Positions 23,195 through 34,254 of a stretch of DNA of 64,000 nt are shown here, one piece after another; the stretch's first letter is position 1; the number at the start of each line of letters is the position of its first letter. Origin of the DNA: Selaginella moellendorffii (Eukaryota > Plantae > Lycopodiophyta). The notes beneath the pieces were generated by a model. That model was not told the origin of the DNA, ran no database searches, and saw nothing but the letters and a program-made list of their open reading frames with translations. The translations under genes were made by a program, and so were the position numbers. The stretch is from NCBI RefSeq assembly GCF_000143415.4, contig NW_003314305.1, positions 236,139-300,138 of the forward strand, read 5' to 3'.

Positions 23195-25093
23195 CTAGTT
23201 TGTTATGCTAGCAAGAAGCATGTAAGGACTTGCTCTAAGGAGCTTTTGATCCTGTTGTAAGTAGAAGATGTTACTGGCTACTCGTGTCCCACATTCCACA
23301 TCGTTCTGTAGTCTACAGGCACTCAGCAAACTTCCCCATGAAACGTCATCGGGAGTGAATGGCATGCTGTGAATCAACTCTTCTGCCTCGTGAATCCTTC
23401 CCATTCTCGCCAGAATGTCTACCATGCATCGGAAGTTTTCCACTGACGGTCTAAAGTCGTGATCAAAAGCCATGGATCTAAACCACGACAGCGCATCCTG
23501 GAGCATTCCTTCGTGGCTAAACGCAAACAAAATCCCTGTGACTGTCGTCTCCTCGCAGTTGACACCTTCAACGCACATCCTGAACGATAGCTCCAACGCA
23601 GTTTGGATGCAACCTTTTTGAGCATAAGCAACGATCATAGCATTCCAGGAAACCGTGTTTTTCTCATGCATTTGGTCGAAGATTTCTTTTGCTTCGAAAA
23701 GATGGCCATTATGGGCATGCGTTACGATCAGAGCATTCAAGACTGATGTTTCTTGAGAAGCGTTCCAAGGGATTAAATCTCTGGCTTGAGTCACGTTTCC
23801 ATTCTCTCCACAAGCGATTACCATGCTTGTCCATGACAGCTTATTGCTCGCCGGGATTTTCTCGAGCAAAGATTTTGCTTGATCTAGATATCCAGCAGTG
23901 GCTAAAGCTGAAATTGCAGCGTTCCAACACATGAGGTCACGCATGGGGCACCTCTCAAAGTAAACTTTCGCTTCTTCCAACTTCCTCTTGGACACGAGCA
24001 CACACACCATTGAAGTCCAGCTTATCACGCTCCACCCCGGCATTTTCCAGAATGTCGTTGTGGCCATGCAAAGATTACCAGAATCCGCGTTTGCTTGAAG
24101 TATAGTCGTCCACGAAGCCAAGTTTCTCTGAGGCATGTCGCCAAAAAGCTCGCAAACTTTCTCAGTATTAAGATTCTCGCGGTACATCTGAAGCATGATG
24201 TTGTAGCACACAGTGTTCCTGCATGGAATTCTTTCAAAGGTATCGTTCGCCTTTTTATGCTGCCCTCCACGGGCATATGCTGATATGAGCGACGTCCAAA
24301 CCACAACATTCCTCTCCAGAAGCCGCTGGAACATTGACATGAGCTCATCGATCCTTTTCTTCTCACCGTAGAGAAGAAAAAGGGGAACATACGACGCTTG
24401 GTTGTGTTGCGGTTGCTTCTCAAGCATCACTTCTGCTTCCTCCAAGCATCCAGCTTGGGCAAATCCACAGACCATCGAGTTCCAAGACACCACATTCCTT
24501 TGTGGCATCAAATCAAACGTCTCTCGAGCTCTGGCCATAAACAATCCTTCGTAAGAATACGCGGCCACCATAGCCGACCAGCTTATCGTGTTTCCCTCTG
24601 CCATCTTTAAAAAGAAGCTCTCGGAGGTTTGCAAATCTCCGACCTGGGCATATGCAGTGATCATTATTGACCACGACACAACGTTCCTCTCGCTTATATT
24701 GTCGAAAATATCACGAGCTTGGACGATTTTTCCATGCTCAGTGAGAACTTTGAGCACCGTGTTTGTGGAGATCACGTCCCAACAAGGCATGGATTCGAAG
24801 AAACTCTCGTAGCAACAATCATCGAGCTCTCCAAGTGCCGACAGGACAATGTTCCACGACACCACACTCCGCTGCTCCATGGAATCGAAGAAACGCTTTG
24901 CTTGCTCCATGAATCCATTGTGCGTGTAAGCCGTGAGCATGGCGTTCCAGGACAAAACGTCCGGATCTTCCATGCTCTCAAAAACCCGGCGAGCTCTTGA
25001 AACATCGCCTCTTCTTCCATGGATCCCGATCAACTGGTCGCTCCAAAACTTGTTACTCCTGTTAAATTGCGGCCCTACCTTCTTCAAGATCAT
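23195..25093 (-). CDS. PLS-class pentatricopeptide repeat protein with E-like C-terminus, no DYW domain
   Basis: Intronless 632-aa ORF with repeated ~31-aa VVSWN.M...YA motifs; ends MPFTPDDVSWGSLLSACR...SPYMLLAS. Confidence 0.95.
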   Translation of the reverse strand: MILKKVGPQFNRSNKFWSDQLIGIHGRRGDVSRARRVFESMEDPDVLSWNAMLTAYTHNGFMEQAKRFFDSMEQRSVVSWNIVLSALGELDDCCYESFFESMPCWDVISTNTVLKVLTEHGKIVQARDIFDNISERNVVSWSIMITAYAQVGDLQTSESFFLKMAEGNTISWSAMVAAYSYEGLFMARARETFDLMPQRNVVSWNSMVCGFAQAGCLEEAEVMLEKQPQHNQASYVPLFLLYGEKKRIDELMSMFQRLLERNVVVWTSLISAYARGGQHKKANDTFERIPCRNTVCYNIMLQMYRENLNTEKVCELFGDMPQRNLASWTTILQANADSGNLCMATTTFWKMPGWSVISWTSMVCVLVSKRKLEEAKVYFERCPMRDLMCWNAAISALATAGYLDQAKSLLEKIPASNKLSWTSMVIACGENGNVTQARDLIPWNASQETSVLNALIVTHAHNGHLFEAKEIFDQMHEKNTVSWNAMIVAYAQKGCIQTALELSFRMCVEGVNCEETTVTGILFAFSHEGMLQDALSWFRSMAFDHDFRPSVENFRCMVDILARMGRIHEAEELIHSMPFTPDDVSWGSLLSACRLQNDVECGTRVASNIFYLQQDQKLLRASPYMLLASITN

Positions 25094-25319
25094 GCAAGAA
25101 AGAACACCTGGTTTGAATCGACTGAAACTGGATGGAACTTAAAGGCTGGATTCTGTTATGATCGCGAGAACATTTTCGAGAAACCGCTGCAAACTTAAGT
25201 TGACAGATGTCTTTAAAAACTAGCTCTCATCGCCCGAGTGTCTTTTAAGTTCATTCATATACTATTTGAATCTGGAGTTTGACAATTATGCTTTTGGTGA
25301 TGATACTGCTCTAGAATGT

Positions 25320-25482
25320 GATGTTAGCAAGAAGGATGTAAGGATTTGCTCGAATCTTGAGCGTTTGACCATGTTGTAAGTAGAAGATGTTACTGACTAC
25401 TCGTTCCCACACTCCACAACGTTGTGTAGTCACATGAAACGTCGTCGGGAGTGAAAGGCATGCTGTCAACTCTTCTGCCTCG
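25320..25482 (-). pseudogene. PPR C-terminal relic
   Basis: Aligns by eye to 23205-23390 (TAGCAAGAAG.ATGTAAGGA, TGTTGTAAGTAGAAGATGTTACT, CATGAAACGTC.TCGGGAGTGAA) with deletions. Confidence 0.8.
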
Positions 25483-25505
25483 CAACCCCGTCTACTCCAT
25501 AAGAA

Positions 25506-28190
25506 TCATGAGCAAGCCATGGTCTTCACAGCAACGGGGCTGGACACCGTGTGTCGCCCATCCGTCCAAGTTATGGATGCAAACTGCCATCTCTCGCTGC
25601 CGGAGCTGCTCGAAACAGTAACAGTGAAGGCCAGCGTTGCTCCTGGCGAGAATGTGAGCGTCGTTGGCTCCACTCTCACGCTCAGCGTCGATGGTGTCTT
25701 GACTGTTACTTTGTAAGTCGAGGAGGACGAAGAAGAATCCACGCTCGTCAGGTACCTGGTAGCGGTCTGTGTGCCGCTCAATCTCGGGAAGGCGATGGAA
25801 GGATAGTTGAGGTTGGAATTCTTCATGGAGCAACTCGTGTTCTTCTGTCCTGCGATCATCCTGACTTTGCTCTCACTGTAGCCAGTGGCACAGAGATAGG
25901 CGACGTAGTCGGAGGGTGTTGCGTCGTAGACCAGTCCTGGACTTAGAGACCTCAAGGGATCGATCTGGCCGGAGCCGTAAGCAAATGGATTGCTCAGGCT
26001 TCCATCATAGTCGAGTATGCCGTCGTTTTGAGTTGTCGCTGGAGATTCAAAGGCTTGTATGAGGCTGGGGAAGAGAAAGGTGGTAGAGAGTTACCTGTGG
26101 TCATGATCGCCGATCTTAGAGCCGCGGGACTCCAAGAAGGATACGCAGACTTTAGCATGGCCAAGGCTCCCGCGACGTGAGGACACGCCATGGAGGTTCC
26201 GGAGGCGAAGTTATACTTGACAAAAACGGGCTTGTTCGTGTCGTAGTTCTCATAGTACGCTGGAACGATATCCGGCCAGGCCGCAAGGATGTTTACTCCT
26301 GGAGCAGTAATATCAGGCTGCAACAAAGACCAATGATCTTGATAATGAATGGCTAGGTGGTACCTTGATTATATCTTCGCTGATGGAGTTTGGACCTCTT
26401 GAAGAGAATCCGGCAACTACTGGAGCTGGACTGGAAGTCTCTGCCACTGTCGGTGTCAGTGTAGCGACTGGTGAGGTGGTGCTGTTCATGTAGGATAACA
26501 GCTCGACTCCCACGGCTGTTTTCACGATGGTCGTAGGCAAGGGGAAGTAGCTAGCGAGATCTGCGTGGAAGTCGTTTATGAGAATGGCACCAGCGGCATT
26601 GTTCTTCTGCAACCATGTCACGATTGCTTTCGTGGAAACATAGTCGGGATCGAACTCGCAGACGACGATCTTGTTCTCTACTTGCTTGGGATTTAGACTG
26701 TCTGGATCACAGGTGCTGCAAAGTAAGCTATGAGCCACTTTTGAAAGAACAAAAAAGAGAGAGTTTAGACCACTTTCACCTGGCTGCTGAGGCATGGATA
26801 GATTCATTAGCAGGAATGGAAGAGCCAAGGACGAGGCTGTAAGGTGATTCCTTCTGAGCTTGAAAGCTCAAGGCCGTTCCCTGCGCAGTGAAGTAGTAGA
26901 AAGGTGATGAGAAAGAAAAGCCAAGGTTTTGCTCACTCGTAGAGTCTTTCCATCTCCAAGATAGACGTCGGACGCAATGGACCTGTCAATGGTGCTTGCT
27001 CCGACCGTGAAAATCCAAGGGGCCGAGTTGTAGACGGACGATTCGTCGGGACCCGAATTCCCAGCGGAGCAAACCACAGTGATGTTGTGCTGGATGGCAT
27101 GGAAGGCTCCAATCGCGATGCCATCCTCGTCGTAGCTCCGCGGCAAGGTACCAAGCGAAAGCGATAGTATATCCACCCCGTCGTCCATAGCGTCATCAAA
27201 GGCCTTGAGGACGTCTGCAATGGGACAGCCATCGATCCCACACACTTTGTACACTGCGAGCCTGGCCGATGGAAGTCCACCCCTGGCTGTTCCACTGCCA
27301 ACACCCTTCATGCTCGCGTTGGAGACGACGCTGCCAGCCGTGGTGGATGCAGCGTGTGATCCGTGGCCTATTTCATCTCTTGCGCTCTCCGCGTTGTAGA
27401 AACGAGCTCCGATGATCTTGCTGCTCCATAAATAATTCGTTTTCTTTCGTCTTTAGAACGGTACTATCGTGAAACTTACTTGTTGCATTTCACGGGATTC
27501 ACACCGGCGTTGTTGCAGAATCCTTTCCATCGGCTGGGAGGAGATGACATTCCATCATTGCTGAAACTTGCAGACTCTGGCCATATACCTTCAGGAAAGA
27601 GAGAGCAACTTGATTGATATATATCACTTTTGTCAACTCTTGAATCTATGTACCCGTGTCCATCACGCCAACGATGACATCGGCTCCCGCTCCAAGTCTG
27701 CGTCTCGAGTATGAGAGACCCGTCGAAAACGTTTCCAGGAAGTCCCAGGACCGCGTTGTATGCAGCTGCAGAGTTTTGCTCGGGAACACACTGACCACGT
27801 CCCGCATTCCTGCAATAGCTTTTGCCTGCTTCGGGGTCATCCTGGCAGCAAATCCATCAAATCCATGCTTGTAGCTGTACACGATCTCAGGGGACTCGAC
27901 TTCACTGTCGTGTAAGTTTTAAAGTCAGTCCGGGCTATACTTTGGAGCACGATAACTTCTTGCCTGCTTTTGACAGAATCGAGAATCTTGCCGTGTCTGT
28001 GGACCAGCTGCAAACTGTGGCGACTCCCTTTTCCACCGAGGTACACGATATAAATCTGCGAAAACAGAACCAAGTAGTAAATATATGTAGAAAGATGGCC
28101 GTGAAGTACCTGACGCTTGTCCTCGATGCCTGCTGCCTTGTTCCACGAGACGATGCTTAGAGCTATGAAAAAAAGACCAGAGATGGCCAT
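25506..28190 (-). CDS. SBT: Subtilisin-like serine protease (plant S8A subtilase), multi-exon
   Basis: Signal peptide; I9 prodomain ([27 protein letters not shown]); catalytic DTG, HGSH and GTSMACP; [13 protein letters not shown]; Fn3-like tail NLNYPSI. Confidence 0.95.
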
Positions 28191-28669
28191 TCCGCTTTCC
28201 AAGTTCGGATTTTGGATGATCCGGGTTACGTTATATAGTGACCTCTAAGAGCACTGGAGAATGAACAAGACGAAGACGCTACGGTGGGGTCGCACTTAGT
28301 CCAGTCTCGTTAGAACTGGTGGTCCACTGACGAGAAGAAATACAATTTCTTCCGTGGTGCTTGTCCCACTGATTCTCGCAGAAATCTCAGGTGCGGAGAC
28401 TTTGGCCTTCGAAAACTCGGATCTTCTCCGCATTAGAATACAGTTCTCGAGCAGCCACGTTGCTTCTTGCCTTCATCACAGCTGCGCAAATGCACATCAG
28501 CGATGTGTGTGCCACAGCATGATACCACTCTCCAGCACGCAAAAACTTTCTCCTTCCGTTGCGGCTGCGCATCCAATCCATCTCCATCCATGAATTTCTT
28601 GCTCGCTCCACTTCAAGATGATGCTTCCTTCCATCGCGTTCTCCATAATCCAGCAGTGCCTCAAACGGT

Positions 28670-29265
28670 CGCGTACTGGCAAGAAGCATGTAATTACTTG
28701 AGAGCAAGTAATTACAGAGAGCGTTCGTCCAAAATCCCCTCCACGGGCATTTGCTGATATGAGCAATGTCCATTACCACAACATTCCTCTCCACAAGCCG
28801 CTGGAACACTGACATAAGATAATCGATCGTTTGCTTCTCGCTGTAAAGAAGCATTAGAGGAGCATACGAAACTTGGCTGTGTTGTGGTTGCTTCTCAAGC
28901 ATCACTTTGGCCTCCTCCAAGCACCCAGCTTGGGCAAATCCACAAACCATCGAATTCCAACATTCCATTGTGACATCAAATCAAACGTCTCTCAAGCTCG
29001 GGCCACAAACAATCCTTCGTGAGAAGTACGCGGCCACCTTAGTGAACCAGGTTGCGTTATTTTCCTCTGGCATTTTTGAATGCAACGTTTGCAAATCCCC
29101 GATCTGGGCATATGCAGTGATCATCACCTTTGAGCACTGTGTTTGTCAAGATCTCGTCCCAGAAAGGCATGGATATGAAGAAGCTCTATATCAGCATATC
29201 GTGGCTTTTCTCATAGAACAGCGGCATCACGGTTTTGGAGCTCGCTCAAGAACATTTTCGAGAAA
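28670..29265 (-). pseudogene. Internally deleted PPR paralog relic
   Basis: WNSMVCGFAQAGCLEEAKVMLEKQPQH matches the 632-aa PPR; joined to a YMLLAS C-terminal piece and to the upstream motif AACATTTTCGAGAAA also found at ~25169. Confidence 0.85.
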
Positions 29266-29348
29266 AGATGCTGGGAGATGGAAGCGATTGAAGAAGAGAG
29301 CTTCCTTTTTCTTCTTGTGATGCCCCGGCACGCGCTTCTCTCTTTCTT

Positions 29349-29909
29349 TCAAGCCTGGAAAAGATCGGAACTATAGAGAAGCAAACAAGCTCTAGGCGAA
29401 GTACCTCTGGAGGGTTTTGTTCCATGGGATCGATTGGAGCTCGCTGAGGAGGCTCGAGCTTCGCCACTTCAAGGATCTTCCCGTCGCTCCACTTGAGCGC
29501 CTTGAGATCGGCTTTGGCATTGATGGGAGCTCCCGCGATCTCGACAGAACCCACTGTGGAGCGCATCATGCTCATCATCCTCGTGTTGTCCAGGGCTTCG
29601 AGCATCTGGCCCTGGAATCATGCAAAGAACAAAAGCTCCTAAGCCGATCGCGATCGAGGAGGAGAAAAACGACTCCCACCTTGCTCCGGAAGATGAGCTT
29701 GCTGCGAACTCCATGCAGCCTGAGCACCTTCAAGATGACAAGAATGGAGAAGAGCAGTGATCCATTTGCACGATTCTTTGCTCGATCCAGCGCCATACCT
29801 CCTCCAGATGCTTGGTGAGGATGGCTTTGGTGTTGCGCTCTTCCATGGGTAGCTGGAATTGCTGGAAAAGCCAAGTGTACTCCTCGGTGCTCATACCCAA
29901 AAGCGCCAT
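29349..29909 (-). CDS. Small uncharacterised plant protein, 3-4 exons
   Basis: Spliced reading MALLGMSTEEYTWLFQ..LEE|VLRLHGVRSKLIFRSK|GQMLEALD..RSTV..ADLKALKW with GT-AG introns; recalls a plant unknown-function domain (from memory). 3' end uncertain. Confidence 0.6.
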
Positions 29910-30020
29910 TCCTCTTCCCCTCTCTCTCTCTCCTCTTTGACCTAAGATGGAAGGGTTTAAAGTAATAAAGTGTGTGGCTTTTTCTTGATTAATTAAGCTG
30001 ACTCAGCCCTAGGGCCCCTG

Positions 30021-30030
30021 TTTAGGGTTT
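30021..30030 (+). promoter_or_regulatory. Telo-box (TTTAGGGTTT)
   Basis: Lies just upstream of the helicase ATG; telo-boxes are common in plant gene-expression machinery genes. Confidence 0.55.
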
Positions 30031-30036
30031 GTGGCC

Positions 30037-32666
30037 ATGGCGCCCGAAGCTGGCAAGCGGGGGAGGGAGGCCATGGCGGATCGCGGCAGCCCTAGCGCAT
30101 CCTCCAGGAAGCGCATTCGCAGCAGGAGCCCCCCGGGCGGCAGAGACGAGCATCATCGCGGCCACAGCACCAGGTACGACGGATCGCGGGAGAGGGATAG
30201 GGATCGCGAGAGGAAGCGCAGCAGGAGCGAGAGCGCGGAGAGGAAGCGCGGCGTGGAGAAGCGCCAGAGCCCTAGCTGTGATGCCGCTGCCAAATCCAGG
30301 AGGAATGAGAGGCAGCAGCAGCACCGGGGTCGGCACCGCAGCCGGAGCTTGAGTAGAGAGAGGAGAAGTAGGAGGAGCCAAAGCCGTGATCGTCTCAAGG
30401 CTGGGAATGCCAGGAGCAGGAGTAGGAGTGTGGATCGAGATAGAAAGGATAGAAAGGAGGTGCTAAACAGCGAGAAGTCGGATGAGCTAGCCAGTGAAGC
30501 CCAGGAAACTCGTGGTGAACTTGGGGAGAGTGGAGACGATGAAAACGATCAGGCTTCTGCTGGCACGACTGCCACGACTACTCAGGAAGAATCCAAGCGG
30601 GCAGAGGTAAAGTTGCTTCTCGCTTTTCCGCTTGCTTTGCGTGCTTAGAAGACTTGCGTTTGTTCGTTCCAGCCGATTTCCTTGGAGGATATGTTGAAGA
30701 AGCGCAAGGAGGATGCTCTCCAACAGTCTAAGGTGAATGCTCGTTCGACTGTGCTTTTTCCCTTTGCTCTGCATGGGTTTTGCATTTTTCGTGGGTAGTG
30801 TTAATGTAACTTTACATGTTTGGCAGCCGCTATTTCTCACTAAAGAGCAAAGGCAGGAACTTGCTCTTAAAAAACGTGAAGAAGAAGCCTCCGAACATAA
30901 GCGGAGGTAGCCAGAGTTGCGGTTTAGCTTGATATGACTCTCTGTTATATTTTGCAGGGTCGAAGAGCAGCGGAAATTGTATACAACACAGAAATCTCAA
31001 GAAGGTAACTTTGTTTTTTTTCGAAAGGCGATTCCGTTCTTACGTATTTTTTTCTTCAGATATTCGCCAGCGAGATCTTGAACGTGAAAGAGACCGCGAG
31101 CGCCGAGAGCAACGGGAAGAGGAAGCAAAAGTTAGGGAGCGTGAACGCGTCGAGAAACAGGCTAACAGAGAACGAGAGAAAGAGATGGATGCAATCAAAG
31201 AGCAGGTAATATTTCTAGTAGTTTTATTTCCCATCCCTTCTAACTCGTTTTTGATCAGTATCTTGGAACAAAAAAGCTAAAGAAACGTGTTGTGAAGCCA
31301 AGCGAAAAGTTCAGATTCTCATTCGATTGGGAAAATACAGAAGATACTTCAAGAGACATGAACCCGATGTACGTACAGAAAGTTGCCGTTCTAGTTTGAG
31401 GTCTGATACTTCTTTTCCTCTTTCAGATATCAAAATCCGCACGAAGCACAGTTGCTTTTTGGCCGAGGATTTCGTGCCGGCATGGATCGAAGGGAGCAAA
31501 AGAAGGTCGGATATATGTCAAACATTTTTGTGACTGATCTTTCTTGTGTAGCTTGCTGCAAAGAATGAGAAGGACCTGCGAGCTGAAATACGGGTACGCG
31601 TTTTCATACTGTTTCAAGCGAATCTAATATGAAAAATTATGATAGGCAACCAAGGGACTTGAAGAAAAGCCGGAGGAAGCAAAGGCTCAGAAACTCAAGG
31701 AAGAGGCTGCGAATGCATACGATGCATTTGATATGCGTGTAGATCGGCATTGGTCAGAGAAGAAGGTGATGAAACTTAACAGAATCTTTTACTTTACTGA
31801 GATGAGCTTGTGTCCTTGGCTTGACCAGCTCGAGGATATGACTGAAAGAGATTGGCGTATTTTCCGAGAGGATTTCAACATCTCATACAAGGTGAAAAAC
31901 TGTGATCCATGCGCCTATTGCGTAAACTGTTCATTCTTCTCACAGGAATGTCGTTGTAGGGATCCCGCATCCCGCGGCCTATGCGGAACTGGGAAGAAGG
32001 TGGCCTTAGTACTGAGCTATTGAAGGCTGTTAACAAGGCTGGGTACAAGAATCCGTCTCCCATCCAAATGGCTGCAATTCCACTCGGTCTTCAACAAAGA
32101 GATGTCATTGGTATTGCGGAAACGGGTACGAAAGCGGATCAGAGAGCTGTTTTTCTCGTTTCTACAGCTTATTTTGTTCTGTTGCATGTAGGATCCGGCA
32201 AAACGGCTGCGTTTGTGCTACCAATGCTCACGTACATATCAAGGCTTCCTCCCATGACTGAAGAGAACGAAGCCGAAGGTACTATGCTCTGTATAATTTC
32301 TGTATCCTTAACAGTGTTTCTTAGGACCTTATGCGGTTGTCATGGCTCCTACGAGGGAGCTTGCGCAGCAAATTGAAGAAGAAACTGTGAAATTTGCACA
32401 TTATTTGGTACGATTTTGCTGTCTTTTTATATATTTTTCCAGTTGCACTGTTTATCAGGATATACATGTGGTGTCAATTGTTGGAGGACAATCAATAGAG
32501 GAGCAAGGTTTTAAACTTCGCCAGGTTTCTCATTTTTATATAGTGCTGCATTTTACCAAGATTTTCTTTTCTTTCAGGGTTGCGAGATCGTGATTGCTAC
32601 GCCTGGAAGGCTTTTGGATTGCCTCGAACGCAGGTAGAACGACACTCCTTCCTGTAACTTTGAAAC

Positions 32667-32704
<38 letters not shown>

Positions 32705-33978
32705 GCGGTTCTCAATCAGTGCAACTACGTGGTACTAGATGAAGCGGACCGCATGATCGATATGGGGTTTGAGCCGCAGGTACATGTTCTCATTCTTATG
32801 TGAATTGAGAATTAATTCAAGAAATGCAGGTGGTCGGTGTTCTTGATGCTATGCCGTCTAGTAATCTCAAACCCGAGAACGAGGACGCGGTATGAAAGTA
32901 TGAGCGTCTCATACACGTCGTACTAAGTTGTTTTGATCTCTTGTAGGAACTGGATGAGAAAAAGATTTACAGAACTACTTACATGTTTAGTGCAACGATG
33001 CCGCCTGCCGTGGAAAGACTTGCACGAAAGTACTTACGTAATCCGGTCGTAGTTACAATTGGAACTGCTGGAAAAACAACGGATCTCATCACGCAGAATG
33101 TTCTCATGGTCAAGGATTCTGAGAAGCTCGACAGGTCTGTACATATACCTTTTATTGGAGCTCACCTCTTTTTTTCATTGCAGATTACAGCGCATGTTGA
33201 ATGATCTTGCGGATAAGACGGCCATCGTGTTTGTCAACACCAAGAAAGCTGCCGACGGTCTAGCAAGGCAACTCGATAAGCTGGGCTACCGAGTGACGAC
33301 CTTGCACGGTGGGAAAACTCAAGAACAGCGTGAGGTCCAAAGGCTCCTCTTTCTTTTTGGTTCTTTTTGTTACGTAGTCCGTGGTTTTAACAGATCAGCC
33401 TAGAAGGATTTCGTAGCAAACGCTACAACTGCCTCGTTGCCACCGACGTCGCTGGTCGTGGAATCGATATCCCGGTTGGTTTCTTATTCTACTTCTCTTG
33501 GAATCAAAACAACTCACGTCGAGTTTGCAGGACGTAGCCCATGTCATTAACTTTGATATGCCGAATAACATCGAGATGTATACGCACAGGATCGGTAAGT
33601 TTAGTTTTTTGTTTTTCCCCGCGGTTTCTGAGAGCTAAACATTTTTTCCAGGTCGTACTGGTCGCGCGGGCAAGACTGGCGTGGCCACGACGTTCTTAAC
33701 TTTGGGAGATACCGAAGTGTTTTACGATCTAAAGCAGGTAACGCTCTGATAGTCTCGTGTGCTTGTGGCTGATTTAGAGAGGTTTCCTTTTCACGCAGAT
33801 GCTTGTGCAGAGCAACAGTCCTGTTCCTCCAGAGCTGTCGAGACACGAGGCCTCCAAATTCAAGCCTGGTAAATCCCATAGCTTTCTTCGCTCTAGTTTT
33901 ATACTAACGCTTGATTCGTGCACAGGAACTATACCCGACCGGCCACTACGGAGGAACGAAACCTTGTATGCTCATTAA
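30037..33978 (+). CDS. PRP28: U5 snRNP DEAD-box RNA helicase PRP28/DDX23 (RH21-like), many short introns
   Basis: RS/RD-rich N-terminus; [66 protein letters not shown]. Confidence 0.96.
32671..32698 (+). repeat. (GT)14 microsatellite
   Basis: Perfect dinucleotide run directly before the intron acceptor AG at 32699-32700. Confidence 0.95.
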
Positions 33979-34254
33979 CACGAGCCTTGTACATAGTTTT
34001 CCGGTTTTTTTTTCTCTCTCTTTTGTTGGTAAGCTCTACACATTTGAGGCGAAAAATAAGTAGAGCCGAAACTTAGCTAAGAACTTACAAAAACGAAAAC
34101 ACTTTTTTCTCTCAAACTTACAGATGATCTCTATGTGCCGTGGCAAAACTGGAACGTTGTTTCTCTCTTCTGTACACGATGGTGGCCCTGTACACGGTCG
34201 TATTCACAATCCTCGAGCCAGGTACCTTTTTCTTCTTTCCTGTTGGTCGAAGTG

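Larger units (their letters stand above)
16812..24199. repeat. Tandem segmental duplication unit 3
   Basis: Same gene order with more indels; homology ends at TGAT 24196-24199 inside the full-length PPR gene. Confidence 0.93.
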
